The notes under the pieces: generated by a model
The model's database searches: none
Seen by the model: the letters and a program-made list of their open reading frames with translations, nothing else
Told to the model about the DNA's origin: nothing
Shown here: positions 18,894 to 29,615 of the stretch, piece by piece
Layout: every line of letters starts with the position of its first letter
Numbering within the stretch: position 1 is the stretch's first letter
Made by a program: the position numbers and the translations under genes
DNA from: Bacteroidales bacterium
GTDB lineage: Bacteria > Bacteroidota > Bacteroidia > Bacteroidales > Bacteroidaceae
Assembly (NCBI GenBank): GCA_015654535.1
Contig: JAATGU010000120.1
Span: forward strand, 34,515-98,514
Reading direction: 5' to 3'
Length of the DNA stretch: 64,000 bases

Positions 18894-20417
18894 TTATAAC
18901 TCACAATACAAATCCGTATTCGTTAAGTTCTTGCAAGGGTTAGTCCAGTCGGCGCCATGCTCATGCATCATTGCCTCGGATTCCCTAGGGCCCCAAGTCC
19001 CTGCCGGATAACCATAAACAGGTATTTCGGGATGTTCTTTCCAGAAGGTAAGCACTGGAGTAAAGAACTGCCAACTGGATTCCACTGCGTCACTCCGCGT
19101 AAAGAGAGTGGGATCGCCCTGTATACAATCTTCAATCAAACGGGCATAGGCATCTTCCGTTGGAAGTTCGCCCAAACTGCTGTAACTAAAATCCATTGAC
19201 ACACGTTCCACATTGAAGCCTGAGCCAGGCACTTTCATTTCAAATTTGAGTACTATACCTTCATTGGGTTGCAAACGGATAATCAGTTGATTGGCCATCG
19301 GGGATTTCTGTTCCGGAGAATTGAATAGCCGGTAAGGAGTGGGCTTAAAATGCACTACAATCTCACTAACCTTGGTAGGCATTTGTTTCCCCGTACGGAT
19401 ATAAAAAGGTACCCCACTCCACCGCCAATTACTAATGCCAATTTTCATGGCTACATAAGATTCGGTACGAGACAGTGGATCCACATTTTTCTCTTCCCTA
19501 TACCCTTTTCGAGTTTCGGAAGCAGTATATTGTCCACGTATAATGTGCTCATTCATGTCTTCTTCCGTAAGCGGAGTAAGGGATTGATAGACCTTTGCCA
19601 CTTCATCCCGGAAACTATCTGCATTGAAAGCCATAGGAGGTTCCATCGCTGTAAGCGCCACCAACTGAATCAAATGATTTTGCACCATATCCCGTAAGGT
19701 CCCTACTCCGTCAAAGAATCCTCCACGCTGTTCTATACCCATATTCTCTACTGCGGTAACTTCCACATAGTCTACATAGTTCCGATTCCAGATAGGTTCA
19801 AAAATACTATTGGCAAAGCGGAGAGCCAAGATATTCTGTACCGTTTCTTTTCCAAGAAAATGATCGATACGGAAAATCTGATCTTCCCGAAAGGCATCCT
19901 TGTAGATTTTATTCAATTCAATAGCAGATTCCAAATCATAGCCAAAAGGCTTTTCCACAATAATCCGTTTTTTCTTTTCCACTCCCTTGTCCAGGTTTAA
20001 TCCCACTTGCTTAAGATGCTGGGGAATCACTCCATAAAGGGAAGGAGGCGTGGCCAGATAATAAAGATAATTCTCCTGATTTCCAATCAACGCGTCCAGA
20101 CTCAACAATCTGGATTGTAAAGACGGGTAAGCGTCGGCATTGGCAGGATCCATAGGGAAGTAATATAATAAATCAATGAAGGAACGAATCTGAGCTTCGT
20201 CCACCTCTTCCGGTTTTACAAAGTGGGAAAGCTCTTCCCGTATATGCTCACGATACTCCTCATCCTTATATGCCGTGCGCGACACACCAAGAATGGCTAA
20301 ATGCGGAGGCAATCGCTTGTTTTTATGTAACAAATAAAGAGACGGCATCAGTTTGCGACGTGTCAAGTCTCCCGATGCCCCGAATATGACAATTACCAGA
20401 CTATTTGGTTTACTCAT
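18894..20417 (-). CDS. zwf: Glucose-6-phosphate 1-dehydrogenase
   Basis: Motifs IFGASGDL, EKPFG, RIDHFLGKE, DMVQNHL and RWSGVPFYIRTGK. Confidence 0.97.
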   Translation of the reverse strand: MSKPNSLVIVIFGASGDLTRRKLMPSLYLLHKNKRLPPHLAILGVSRTAYKDEEYREHIREELSHFVKPEEVDEAQIRSFIDLLYYFPMDPANADAYPSLQSRLLSLDALIGNQENYLYYLATPPSLYGVIPQHLKQVGLNLDKGVEKKKRIIVEKPFGYDLESAIELNKIYKDAFREDQIFRIDHFLGKETVQNILALRFANSIFEPIWNRNYVDYVEVTAVENMGIEQRGGFFDGVGTLRDMVQNHLIQLVALTAMEPPMAFNADSFRDEVAKVYQSLTPLTEEDMNEHIIRGQYTASETRKGYREEKNVDPLSRTESYVAMKIGISNWRWSGVPFYIRTGKQMPTKVSEIVVHFKPTPYRLFNSPEQKSPMANQLIIRLQPNEGIVLKFEMKVPGSGFNVERVSMDFSYSSLGELPTEDAYARLIEDCIQGDPTLFTRSDAVESSWQFFTPVLTFWKEHPEIPVYGYPAGTWGPRESEAMMHEHGADWTNPCKNLTNTDLYCEL

Positions 20418-20429
20418 GATACTTTCAAT

Positions 20430-21896
20430 TTATGCATTATAACTTCCGGATTTCGTATCTCCTCCCTGTCCGGTCCAGTTCTCGTGAGAGAATACTCCAC
20501 GTGGCTGATCTACTCGTTCAAAAGTATGCGCACCAAAATAATCACGCTGTGCCTGAACAAGATTGGCGGGTAAACGATCAGTCGTTAATGAATAGAAATA
20601 ATTGAGTGCGGATGAGAATGCGGGCACAGGCAGTTCTTCTTTGGCAGCCGAAGCAACCAATCGCTTCCAAGCAGGCAGAGCTGCTGTGATCTCTTGCTTA
20701 AAATAAGGAGACAGCAACAGATTACTCAGCTGCTTATCTTCTTCAAACGCTTTGGCAATGTCGTTTAAGAAAGCCGAACGAATGATACATCCACCTCTCC
20801 AAAGCCGGGCAATAGTTGCCAGATTGAGTTCCCAGCCAAATTGTTCGGAGGCTTGCTTGAGTACATTGAAGCCTTGTGCGTATGACACTAACTTAGAGGC
20901 ATAGAGTGATTGTTCAGTCTCCTCCAGTAACTGATCATTGAAATAATTCACATCAGAGCTCACCCGTTCATACACCTTAGAAGCCTCCACACGGAGCTCT
21001 TTTCGGGAGGAAAGACTTCGTTCAAATACCGCTGTGGCAATCAGATTGAGTGGCATACCCAGTTCCATGGCATTAATTACCGACCATTTACCAGTTCCCT
21101 TTTGTCCCGCGGTATCAAGTATTTTATCAATCAGGTATTCTCCTTTCTCATCTTTGTGTTTCAATATATGTGCAGTGATTTCCACCAGATAACTTTTTAG
21201 CTTTCCTTCATTCCATTTGGAAAAGTAACCGGCCATCTCTTCGTTGGATGCTTTAAGCAATTGCTTCATCACAAAATAAGCTTCGGAAATGAGCTGCATA
21301 TCTCCATATTCAATGCCATTGTGAATCATCTTCACAAAGTGACCCGAACCTCCTCCGCCAATCCATTCGCAGCAAGGAGTACCATCTTCTGCTTTCGCAG
21401 CGATACTTTGTAAGATTGGCTTTACTTGAGGCCATGCTTCTACAGATCCGCCAGGCATGATCGATGCTCCGTTTAAAGCGCCTTCTTCTCCGCCCGAGAC
21501 ACCCGCCCCGATGAAATAAAAACCTTTTTGTTCTACCCGTTTCACTCTTCTGGTAGTATCTTCATAGTTGGAGTTTCCTCCGTCAATCAATATATCTCCG
21601 GGAGAAAGCAATGGCAACAACTGATCGGTTAGTTCATCTACAGGACTGCCTGCACGCACCATCATCATAATCTTACGAGGGGTTGATAGAGAATCTACAA
21701 ATTCATCTATCCCTATAAATCCTGCTATCTTTTTTCCTTTGGCACGCCCAGAAACAAAACGTTTCACTACTCCTTCTTCAAGTCCTTTTACAGTACGGTT
21801 ATATACTGAAACTTGCCATCCTTTATTCTCCATATTGAGTGCGAGATTCTCTCCCATCACTGCCAAGCCAATAAGCCCGATATCAGATTTCTTCAT
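20430..21896 (-). CDS. gnd: NADP-dependent 6-phosphogluconate dehydrogenase (decarboxylating)
   Basis: Motifs GLAVMGENLA, GVSGGEEGA, KMIHNGIEYGDMQ and QAQRDYFGAHT. Confidence 0.97.
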   Translation of the reverse strand: MKKSDIGLIGLAVMGENLALNMENKGWQVSVYNRTVKGLEEGVVKRFVSGRAKGKKIAGFIGIDEFVDSLSTPRKIMMMVRAGSPVDELTDQLLPLLSPGDILIDGGNSNYEDTTRRVKRVEQKGFYFIGAGVSGGEEGALNGASIMPGGSVEAWPQVKPILQSIAAKAEDGTPCCEWIGGGGSGHFVKMIHNGIEYGDMQLISEAYFVMKQLLKASNEEMAGYFSKWNEGKLKSYLVEITAHILKHKDEKGEYLIDKILDTAGQKGTGKWSVINAMELGMPLNLIATAVFERSLSSRKELRVEASKVYERVSSDVNYFNDQLLEETEQSLYASKLVSYAQGFNVLKQASEQFGWELNLATIARLWRGGCIIRSAFLNDIAKAFEEDKQLSNLLLSPYFKQEITAALPAWKRLVASAAKEELPVPAFSSALNYFYSLTTDRLPANLVQAQRDYFGAHTFERVDQPRGVFSHENWTGQGGDTKSGSYNA

Positions 21897-22028
21897 ATTT
21901 TTCTTTCTAAGTTAAAGATCTGTTTTGTATTTGTTCTTTAACAAAGTAACAGGGTGGGATGTTCAGAAGGGAGTGAATTATTGATTAAAGAAAAAGAGAA
22001 AAAAAAGGGAAAAGATAATTTCTGGAAT

Positions 22029-22106
22029 TCTTGTACAGAACAATGCATTCTTTTGTACAAAAAAAATAAATCTCTTGTACAAAAGAATGCGTTGTTTTGT
22101 ACAAGA
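22029..22106. repeat. 78-bp palindromic element with four TTGTACA(A) boxes at 22-bp period
   Basis: 32-bp arms at 22029-22060 and 22075-22106 with 2 mismatches. Boxes start at 22031, 22053, 22075 and 22097. Confidence 0.9.
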
Positions 22107-22133
22107 GAAAAACCATATTTACAGAGGGGTTAG

Positions 22134-23303
22134 TTAGTGGACCTCTACTCTTGAAGCAAGATCTTTAGCTTTGTTTCTTAATGTATCTATGTCCGATCCC
22201 AGAGGAGCATAACAAAGTACCACACCCATTCTACGGTTCACCTTGGTGAATGGTTTACCGAAAATACGCAGGTAAGTATCCTCTTCCTTTAGCACTTCTT
22301 CCATGCCTCTGTACCGGGGCATCTCTTTGCTGGCAATAGGTGAAAGAATCACCGCGCTTACTCCTGCCCGTTCTTGCTTAATGCTTGGAATGGGGAGTCC
22401 AAGTACTGCACGCAAGTGTAATTCAAATTCATTCAGGTTTTGTGTGCCCGCTAATGTTACCATCCCTGTATCATGAGGGCGGGGAGATAACTCGGAGAAG
22501 TAAACTCCATTCTCATGACTCAGGAAGAATTCTACCCCCCAAAGTCCGGCTCCGGTCAATGCCCGGGTTACCTTATCAGCCATCTCCTGAGCTTCTTTTA
22601 AATGAGCGGGATCTATAAGCGCAGGCTGAAAGCTTTCACGGTAATCGCCTCCTTTTTGTACATGCCCGATAGGCGGACAAAAGAGGGTTGGCCCGTTTTT
22701 TTGAGTTACTGTCAGTAAGGTGATTTCACTATCAAAATGAATAAATTCTTCAATAATCAGTTCTTTGATGTCGCCCCGGCTACCGTTGCAGCCATATTCC
22801 CAGGCATTATCAAGCTCTTGAAACGAACGGACCAACGACTGACCTTTTCCGGAAGAAGACATCAGCGGTTTCACTACACAAGGGAAGCCTACGAATGGAG
22901 CGGCGGATTTTAGTTCATCCAACGAAGTTGCATAGAAGTATTTTGCCGTTTTCAGGCCGAGCTCTTTGGCGGCTAAGTCGCGAATGGCTTTACGGTTCAT
23001 AGTAAAGTTGACCGCACGGGCACTCGGTACGACCTGGATTCCTTGCTTTTCAAAATCATAAAGACGTTCGGTGCGGATGGCTTCAATCTCCGGCACAATC
23101 AAGTCAGGCTGATGTTTTTTGATCACACGTTCCAACGCATCTCCATTTAACATATCAAATACTTCACACTCGTCCGCCACTTGCATGGCGGGTGCTCCGG
23201 GATATGAGTCGCAAGCCACGATATATTGTCCTATACGCTGAGCTGCAATAACAAACTCTTTTCCTAACTCTCCGGAACCGAGTAATACAATCTTCTTTGT
23301 CAT
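22134..23303 (-). CDS. purT: Formate-dependent phosphoribosylglycinamide formyltransferase
   Basis: Motifs [29 protein letters not shown] and [20 protein letters not shown] -7 box just upstream. Confidence 0.96.
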   Translation of the reverse strand: MTKKIVLLGSGELGKEFVIAAQRIGQYIVACDSYPGAPAMQVADECEVFDMLNGDALERVIKKHQPDLIVPEIEAIRTERLYDFEKQGIQVVPSARAVNFTMNRKAIRDLAAKELGLKTAKYFYATSLDELKSAAPFVGFPCVVKPLMSSSGKGQSLVRSFQELDNAWEYGCNGSRGDIKELIIEEFIHFDSEITLLTVTQKNGPTLFCPPIGHVQKGGDYRESFQPALIDPAHLKEAQEMADKVTRALTGAGLWGVEFFLSHENGVYFSELSPRPHDTGMVTLAGTQNLNEFELHLRAVLGLPIPSIKQERAGVSAVILSPIASKEMPRYRGMEEVLKEEDTYLRIFGKPFTKVNRRMGVVLCYAPLGSDIDTLRNKAKDLASRVEVH

Positions 23304-23383
23304 AATTTTAAGTGATGTCTTTTTAATAGTGCTGCAAAGGTAAACAAATTTAGAAAAAAGGCATAAAAAAATAAAAAGGATTC

Positions 23384-23419
23384 AAAAAAAGCGAAGCAAT
23401 ATTCCATTGCCTCGCTTTT
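23384..23419 (-). terminator. Intrinsic terminator of the xylose operon
   Basis: Minus strand reads aaaagcgaggcaat-ggaat-attgcttcgc followed by a U-tract. Confidence 0.8.
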
Positions 23420-23440
23420 GTATAAAAAGGATAAAACTGG

Positions 23441-25054
23441 TTATTTCTTCCAGAACTTTTCAATTTCCTCGAGTGTTTTTCCTTTCGTTTCCGGCAAAAA
23501 CTTCCAGATAAAGAAGGCAGCCAGAAGTCCCATAACACCATAGATCCAGTAAGCAAAGCCTTGATGGAACAGTTCTGTCAGACCTTTGTTATCGTTCATG
23601 ATGGGGAACGTCCAGGATACAATGAGATTAGCCAGCCATTGTGCGGCTACAGCAATAGACATTGCGCCACGAATGGAATTTGGAAATATTTCCGACAACA
23701 GTACCCACGCCACTGGTCCCCAACTCATTGCAAAAGAAGCGGTGTAGAGTAACATCAGAATGAGTGAACCCAAACCTACAGTCTGGAAATAGAATGTAAA
23801 GCCCAGCAGGATCATACTTACAGCCATGCCCAATGCTCCGATAATCATCAGCGGTTTACGGCCAAACTTATCGACCGTTAGAATTGCCACACAAGTAAAC
23901 GTAAGGTTTACTATTCCCACAATAATGGTCTGCAACAAGGAAGTATCTGTTGTAGCACCCATATTTCGAAATATATTTCCGGCATAATAAAGCACCACAT
24001 TAATTCCCACAAATTGTTGGAAGACAGATAGCAGCACCCCAATGATAATGACTAACCAACCGTAAGATAACCAGGGAGAACTGTGTTCATGCAGAGTTTC
24101 CTTAATTTCGGCTAATTCAGTCTTTGCCTTTTCTTCACCAACAATCTTTTTCAATACACGAAATGCCTGACCGTCTCTTCCTTTCATTGCCAGGAAACGT
24201 GGAGTTTCGGGAACAAAGAAGAGCAGAATAAAGAAGATCCCTGCGGGTATGATTCCTGAAAAGAACATCCATCGCCATCCAAACTCGGTGAGCCATTGGG
24301 AATCACCGGACTTAGCGATGAAATAGTTCACAAAGTAGATCACCAACATACCGAAGATGATGGCAAACTGATTAAAGGAGACTAACTTACCACGGCTTTC
24401 CGCGGGAGCAATTTCGGCAATGTACATAGGAGAAAGCGCAGAAGCCAAACCTACACCCAAACCGCCAATAATACGATAGAACACGAAAGAATAGGCATCG
24501 TTCAAACCAAAGATGTTGAAAAATTCGGGTTGCCAGGCACCAATAGCCGATATGCAGAAGGCAACGGCGCAGACAAGAAGACCATTCTTACGTCCCCATG
24601 AATTAGAGATAAAGCCGGAAAGCGATCCGCCAATGATACATCCTACTAATGCACTGGAAATCACAAACCCTTTGATAGAGTCCGCCATAGATTGAACTTC
24701 TGTCACTTCAGTCGGAACAGCCGCCTTCAAATAATTAACAATCCAGAGAATAGCAAGGATAAATAAGACGACAACCGTTATTCCACCTTTCCTTTTACCT
24801 ACCAGTTTGAATATTTGTGAGGAGAGAATGGCCAATACCAAAAGGATTACTCCACTTACAATGATTTTATACTGGGTAATCATGCTCACAGCGTACACAT
24901 GATCAATATTGATCCGTTTAATGAAGAAATCGACCAAAGACTGTTCGGCTCCGTTCACCACCGCAGTATCATAACCAAATAATAATCCGCCGAATGTAGC
25001 GACCAGAGTCAGTAAAGCAATATAGAGTCCTGCTTGCTTTGTTTTTGATGACAT
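23441..25054 (-). CDS. xylE: D-xylose:H+ symporter (sugar porter MFS)
   Basis: Motifs GGLLFGYDTAV, YIAEIAPAESRG, PETPR, QQFVGINVVLYY and PETKGKTLEE. Follows xylA. Confidence 0.92.
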   Translation of the reverse strand: MSSKTKQAGLYIALLTLVATFGGLLFGYDTAVVNGAEQSLVDFFIKRINIDHVYAVSMITQYKIIVSGVILLVLAILSSQIFKLVGKRKGGITVVVLFILAILWIVNYLKAAVPTEVTEVQSMADSIKGFVISSALVGCIIGGSLSGFISNSWGRKNGLLVCAVAFCISAIGAWQPEFFNIFGLNDAYSFVFYRIIGGLGVGLASALSPMYIAEIAPAESRGKLVSFNQFAIIFGMLVIYFVNYFIAKSGDSQWLTEFGWRWMFFSGIIPAGIFFILLFFVPETPRFLAMKGRDGQAFRVLKKIVGEEKAKTELAEIKETLHEHSSPWLSYGWLVIIIGVLLSVFQQFVGINVVLYYAGNIFRNMGATTDTSLLQTIIVGIVNLTFTCVAILTVDKFGRKPLMIIGALGMAVSMILLGFTFYFQTVGLGSLILMLLYTASFAMSWGPVAWVLLSEIFPNSIRGAMSIAVAAQWLANLIVSWTFPIMNDNKGLTELFHQGFAYWIYGVMGLLAAFFIWKFLPETKGKTLEEIEKFWKK

Positions 25055-25172
25055 ATGTTTTATGTTATTAGAATTAGAAAAAATGTACCAAAGATTCAAT
25101 AGAACCAATATGCCGGAATAAGATTATTCACAAGCATATTGGTCTGTTTATTAAGGTTACGCAACAAAATAA

Positions 25173-26489
25173 TTAGCAATACATATTAACAATTGCCTCA
25201 TATAATTCCTGTTGTCCACTAGTCTGAGCAGGTTCTCCCTTTGCAACAGCATATGCGCGAAGATCTTCGATAGAAAGTTTACCATCTTCAAATTCTTTCC
25301 CTTTACCTCCGTCGAAAGAAGCATAACGTTCTTTCACCATTTTACAAATAGGAGATTCATTGAGCAATGTAGAAGCATTTTCGAGTGCACGGGCAAATAC
25401 ATCCATTCCACTAATGTGAGCAATGAAGATATCTTCCAGATCGGTAGAATTACGACGGGTCTTTGCATCAAAGTTTGTACCTCCGTGACCTAAACCACCG
25501 TTACGAATAATCTGTATCATAGCCTGAATTAGTTCAAAACTATCGACAGGGAACTGATCTGTATCCCATCCGTTCTGATAATCACCGCGATTGGCATCAA
25601 TGGAACCTAACAAACCAGCATCCACAGCGCAAGCCAATTCGTGTTCAAAAGTATGTCCGGCCAAAGTAGCATGGTTCACTTCAATATTTACTTTGAAATC
25701 ATGTTCCAACCCGTGAGCTTTCAGAAAACCAATTACAGTTTCTGTGTCCACGTCATATTGATGTTTCATGGGCTCCATTGGTTTAGGCTCAATTAAGAAA
25801 ACTCCTTTAAAGCCTTTTGCACGGGCATAGTCACGAGCTTTGGTAAGCATCATGGCCAAATGATCTTTCTCACGTTTCTGATCGGTGTTCAATAAAGACA
25901 TATAGCCTTCGCGTCCACCCCAGAATACATAGTTTTCACCGCCTAACTCAATAGTTGCATCTATCGCATTCTTAATCTGAACAGCAGCACGTGCCACGAC
26001 ATCAAAGTCAGGATTAGTTGCCGCGCCATTCATATAACGAGCATGTGAAAATACATTAGCAGTACCCCACAATAATTTGATTCCTGTTTCAGCTTGCTTT
26101 TGTTTGGCATAAGCAACAATCGCTTTCAGATTGGCTTCATATTCTTCAATGTTATCACTTGGATCTACTAAATCCACATCATGAAAACAGTAATGTTCAA
26201 TACCACATTTTTGCATAAACTCAAAACCTGCATCCATCTTGTTTTTTGCAGCTTCAACTACAGAAGAAGCACCATTCCAAGGGAATTGCTTTGTTCCTCC
26301 ACCAAACTGATCTCCACCTTCGGCACAAAGTGTATGCCACCAAGCCATTGCAAATCTCAGCCAATCTTTCATCTTCTTACCATTGATCACCTTTTCAGCG
26401 TCATAATAATGGAATGCCATTGGATTCTTACTCTCTTTACCTTCAAACTTAATTTTTCCTATTCCGGGAAAATACTCTTTTGTTGCCAT
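25173..26489 (-). CDS. xylA: Xylose isomerase (class II)
   Basis: Motifs [24 protein letters not shown] and NIEVNHA. Confidence 0.97.
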   Translation of the reverse strand: MATKEYFPGIGKIKFEGKESKNPMAFHYYDAEKVINGKKMKDWLRFAMAWWHTLCAEGGDQFGGGTKQFPWNGASSVVEAAKNKMDAGFEFMQKCGIEHYCFHDVDLVDPSDNIEEYEANLKAIVAYAKQKQAETGIKLLWGTANVFSHARYMNGAATNPDFDVVARAAVQIKNAIDATIELGGENYVFWGGREGYMSLLNTDQKREKDHLAMMLTKARDYARAKGFKGVFLIEPKPMEPMKHQYDVDTETVIGFLKAHGLEHDFKVNIEVNHATLAGHTFEHELACAVDAGLLGSIDANRGDYQNGWDTDQFPVDSFELIQAMIQIIRNGGLGHGGTNFDAKTRRNSTDLEDIFIAHISGMDVFARALENASTLLNESPICKMVKERYASFDGGKGKEFEDGKLSIEDLRAYAVAKGEPAQTSGQQELYEAIVNMYC

Positions 26490-26513
26490 AATACTTGTGA
26501 TTTAAATTGATTA

Positions 26514-28004
26514 TTACTTAGACATAGACTTTTTCAGTCTGTGTTCCCATTTATTATATGCATCCGCATACTCCTGATGTTTAGCTACATTAGGTTCTAT
26601 TACATCTAGCTTATCAAGTGTAGCAAAGGCTTCCTTGTTATCTTTATAAATTCCTGCACCTATCCCCGCTCCTTTAGCGGCACCTACAGAACCATCGGTA
26701 TCGTATAACTCAATAACCGCTCCGGTTACGCTGGCAAGTGTATCCCTGAAAATAGGACTCAGAAACATGTTTGCATGTCCGGCATGAATCTTCTTCACCG
26801 GAATTCCCATCTTCTCCATGATGTCAATACCATATTTAAAGGAAAAGACAATCCCCTCCTGCGCTGCGCGGATAATATGATGTTTACCGTGTGTATTGAA
26901 ATTAAGTCCGCGGATGGAACATCCTATCTCTTTGTTGCCAAGCATCCGCTCAGCTCCATTGCCAAAAGGAAGAATACTGATGCCACCACTACCAATGGGA
27001 GCTTTAGATGCCAGAACATTCATTTCATTATAAGAGATACCTTCGGGGGCTATATTCTTTTTTATCCAGGAATTCAGGATGCCGGTTCCATTTATACAAA
27101 GCAATACTCCCAAACGAGTTTGTTCATCGGTATGATTTACATGAGCAAAGGTATTGACACGAGACAATGGATCATAATTCACTTCTCCATTTACTCCATA
27201 TACTACACCCGAAGTTCCTGCGGTAGAAGCTATTTCACCGGGGTTGAATACATTTAGAGAAAGCGCGTTGTTGGGTTGATCTCCCGCGCGATAAGTTATA
27301 GGAGTTCCTTCTTTCAATCCAAGCTCTTTGGCTGTGGCGGCGCTCACTCCACCCTGATTAGAGAAGGTAGGTTTTATAGTAGCAATCATTGAAGAATCAA
27401 AACCAAAGTAGTCCATCAAAAAGCTTGCGGGACGGTTTTCTTTAAAGTCCCAGAACATTCCTTCCGAAAGACCGGAAACAGTAGTGCAAATCTCTCCACT
27501 CAACTTCATGGCAATATAATCACCTGGAAGCATCACCTTATAGATTCGTTCGTAGATACTAGGCTCGTTTTCTTTAATCCAAGCTAATTTGGAAGCGGTA
27601 AAATTACCTGGAGAATTCAATAAATGAGAAAGACATTTCTCCTCTCCCAAAGTTTCAAAAGCTTTTTGTCCATAAGGTACCGCCCGTGAATCGCACCAGA
27701 TAATAGCCGGACGCAATACATTTTGATCTTTATCCACACAAACTAATCCATGCATCTGGTAAGAGATGCCAATGGCTTTAATTTCAGCAGCACTGACTCC
27801 TGATTCTTCCAGAATACTCTTGGTAGATAGCTTCAGATTTTCCCACCATGCTTGCGGATCTTGTTCCGCCCAACCAGCTTTTACCGCAGTAATATTCATT
27901 TCCGCTTTCGGGAAAAAAGCACTGGAAATACAATTCCCTGTCTCAGCATTTACCAGACTCGCCTTTACCGACGAACTTCCTATGTCATATCCTAATAGAA
28001 ACAT
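26514..28004 (-). CDS. xylB: Xylulokinase (FGGY family)
   Basis: Motifs GYDIGSSS, YQMHG, IWCDSR, AGDQPNNA and TAGTSG. Confidence 0.93.
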   Translation of the reverse strand: MFLLGYDIGSSSVKASLVNAETGNCISSAFFPKAEMNITAVKAGWAEQDPQAWWENLKLSTKSILEESGVSAAEIKAIGISYQMHGLVCVDKDQNVLRPAIIWCDSRAVPYGQKAFETLGEEKCLSHLLNSPGNFTASKLAWIKENEPSIYERIYKVMLPGDYIAMKLSGEICTTVSGLSEGMFWDFKENRPASFLMDYFGFDSSMIATIKPTFSNQGGVSAATAKELGLKEGTPITYRAGDQPNNALSLNVFNPGEIASTAGTSGVVYGVNGEVNYDPLSRVNTFAHVNHTDEQTRLGVLLCINGTGILNSWIKKNIAPEGISYNEMNVLASKAPIGSGGISILPFGNGAERMLGNKEIGCSIRGLNFNTHGKHHIIRAAQEGIVFSFKYGIDIMEKMGIPVKKIHAGHANMFLSPIFRDTLASVTGAVIELYDTDGSVGAAKGAGIGAGIYKDNKEAFATLDKLDVIEPNVAKHQEYADAYNKWEHRLKKSMSK

Positions 28005-28033
28005 AATAATAAGGTATTAAATATATAAGGTAA

Positions 28034-28792
28034 TTATTTATTAAATGACTTTGTAGTACTATGGAGTTTGTTATAAATCTTGCGGTCAAATTTATAGTAA
28101 TGAGCTGCCCGATGAGGCACTCTCTGCTGTCGCTCTTCTAATAAAACTACGTACTCCATCATTGCTATTTTCTTATGGAAATTACGTACATCAAAAGCTT
28201 TATCATACACTAATTCATATAACACACGCAGTTGGGAAGCAGTAAACTTACGCGGTAACAGATCAAACAAAACAGAAGGATTAGCTTCTACATATTGACG
28301 AATGTAAGTGATGGCTTCCGAAATAATCTGATTGTGATCGAATGCCAACTCCTTCAGATCTTTCACTTCCATCCAGCAAGCTTTATATTTATCTGATAGC
28401 TGCTCCATCTTCTTATCAATTTTAACCATAGAAATGTAAGCAATGGTGACAATCCGCTCAATCTTACTTTTTAGCTGATGAAAACGCTCCAACCATCGTA
28501 CATCTTTTGGATTATGTGTTCTATTCTTTGAGCCGAAAGCTCTGAATTGTAGCAAATTAAGATTCTTAATTCCAGTTAATTCGTAAAGAACTCGTTGAGC
28601 TGCTTCATCCAGATCTTCATCATCATAGATAAGACTTCCGGGAAGTTTGAGATCATTATAGGTATCCAGTCCTTCTTGTTCTAACTGTTTTACCAGCAAA
28701 ACTTTCATCTGCTCTCCATCAAACCCTATCACAACACAGTCTACTGAGACGTGGGGATTGACTAATTTATTTTCATTGGTATCGTATTGCAT
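28034..28792 (-). CDS. xylR: NrtR-family (Nudix + winged HTH) regulator of the xylose operon
   Basis: Motifs SVDCVVIGF, LPGSLI, LAFDH, FTASQL...RNFHKK and RAAHYY. First gene of the xyl operon. Confidence 0.85.
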   Translation of the reverse strand: MQYDTNENKLVNPHVSVDCVVIGFDGEQMKVLLVKQLEQEGLDTYNDLKLPGSLIYDDEDLDEAAQRVLYELTGIKNLNLLQFRAFGSKNRTHNPKDVRWLERFHQLKSKIERIVTIAYISMVKIDKKMEQLSDKYKACWMEVKDLKELAFDHNQIISEAITYIRQYVEANPSVLFDLLPRKFTASQLRVLYELVYDKAFDVRNFHKKIAMMEYVVLLEERQQRVPHRAAHYYKFDRKIYNKLHSTTKSFNK

Positions 28793-28811
28793 ACTATTAG
28801 TTTAAGCGTGG

Positions 28812-28842
28812 CAAATATAAAGCTATTTTTTGTAGATGCAAA
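28812..28842 (-). promoter_or_regulatory. Bacteroides-type promoter of the xyl operon
   Basis: TTTG (28842-28839), 19-nt spacer, TATATTTG (28819-28812). Confidence 0.8.
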
Positions 28843-28925
28843 TAAAAAATGAATTATTTTTATCCTATAAATCTTTATTTATCAATATTATACATATCTT
28901 ATTTACTACAATATGATTTCTGTAT

Positions 28926-28946
28926 ATATTGTAGAATATACAATAT
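28926..28946. promoter_or_regulatory. Candidate NrtR/XylR operator
   Basis: Perfect 21-bp dyad ATATTGTA-gaata-TACAATAT, containing the GT-N7-AC core of NrtR-family sites. Confidence 0.65.
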
Positions 28947-29355
28947 GTATTTTATCAGTATCCATTGCATTGAATGTAATTTCTATCTACTCCTTGTTAA
29001 ATAGCGCCTTTCAATCATTCTTGCTATTTATTGCAAAGGAATACTTATTGTATTTTAGCACGTTGACATTATCATAAAATCAATAGATCTCTTTATTTAA
29101 GTATCATGTGTACATGAGTACTTTTAATTGTTAAAATAATATAAACACGCATTATATATAAAAAATAATCGTTTTTTTATAGTGAACTAATGAAAAGTTT
29201 TTCTTTACTTTGCAAACATAAACAAGAGCTAGTTTACATTGTTCTCGTTCTTCTATCTAATTTTCCGTTCATTCGGAAATATTTGTATGTGAAAACAGAT
29301 CTTTCAAACTTACATTGTTTCAATTTTCAAATTATTTATTTTAATTTTTATTCGT

Positions 29356-29601
29356 ATGAATATTTACATTGGCAACCTTAGCTATAAGGTTAAAGAATCA
29401 GATCTAAATCACGTTTTAGAAGAGTACGGTACAGTAAATTCAGTTAAGTTAATTGTTGACCGCGATACTCGCAGATCAAAAGGTTTTGCTTTTGCAGAAA
29501 TGCCTGATCAAACTGAAGCAGAAAATGTTATTAAGGAATTGAATGGCGCAGAATTTGAAGGCCGTCAAATGGTCGTTAAAGAAGCTCTTCCTAAAGCATA
29601 A
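29356..29601 (+). CDS. Single-RRM RNA-binding protein (Bacteroides Rbp family)
   Basis: RNP2 IYIGNL and RNP1 KGFAFAEM. Confidence 0.93.
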   Translation: MNIYIGNLSYKVKESDLNHVLEEYGTVNSVKLIVDRDTRRSKGFAFAEMPDQTEAENVIKELNGAEFEGRQMVVKEALPKA

Positions 29602-29615
29602 GAGAAATATTACAT

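Noticed and set aside
22029-22106. Mini-CRISPR interpretation of the 22-bp array, and likewise of the 23-bp array at 43621-43707
   Set aside because: The period is far too short for repeat plus spacer, and there are no cas genes or leader.
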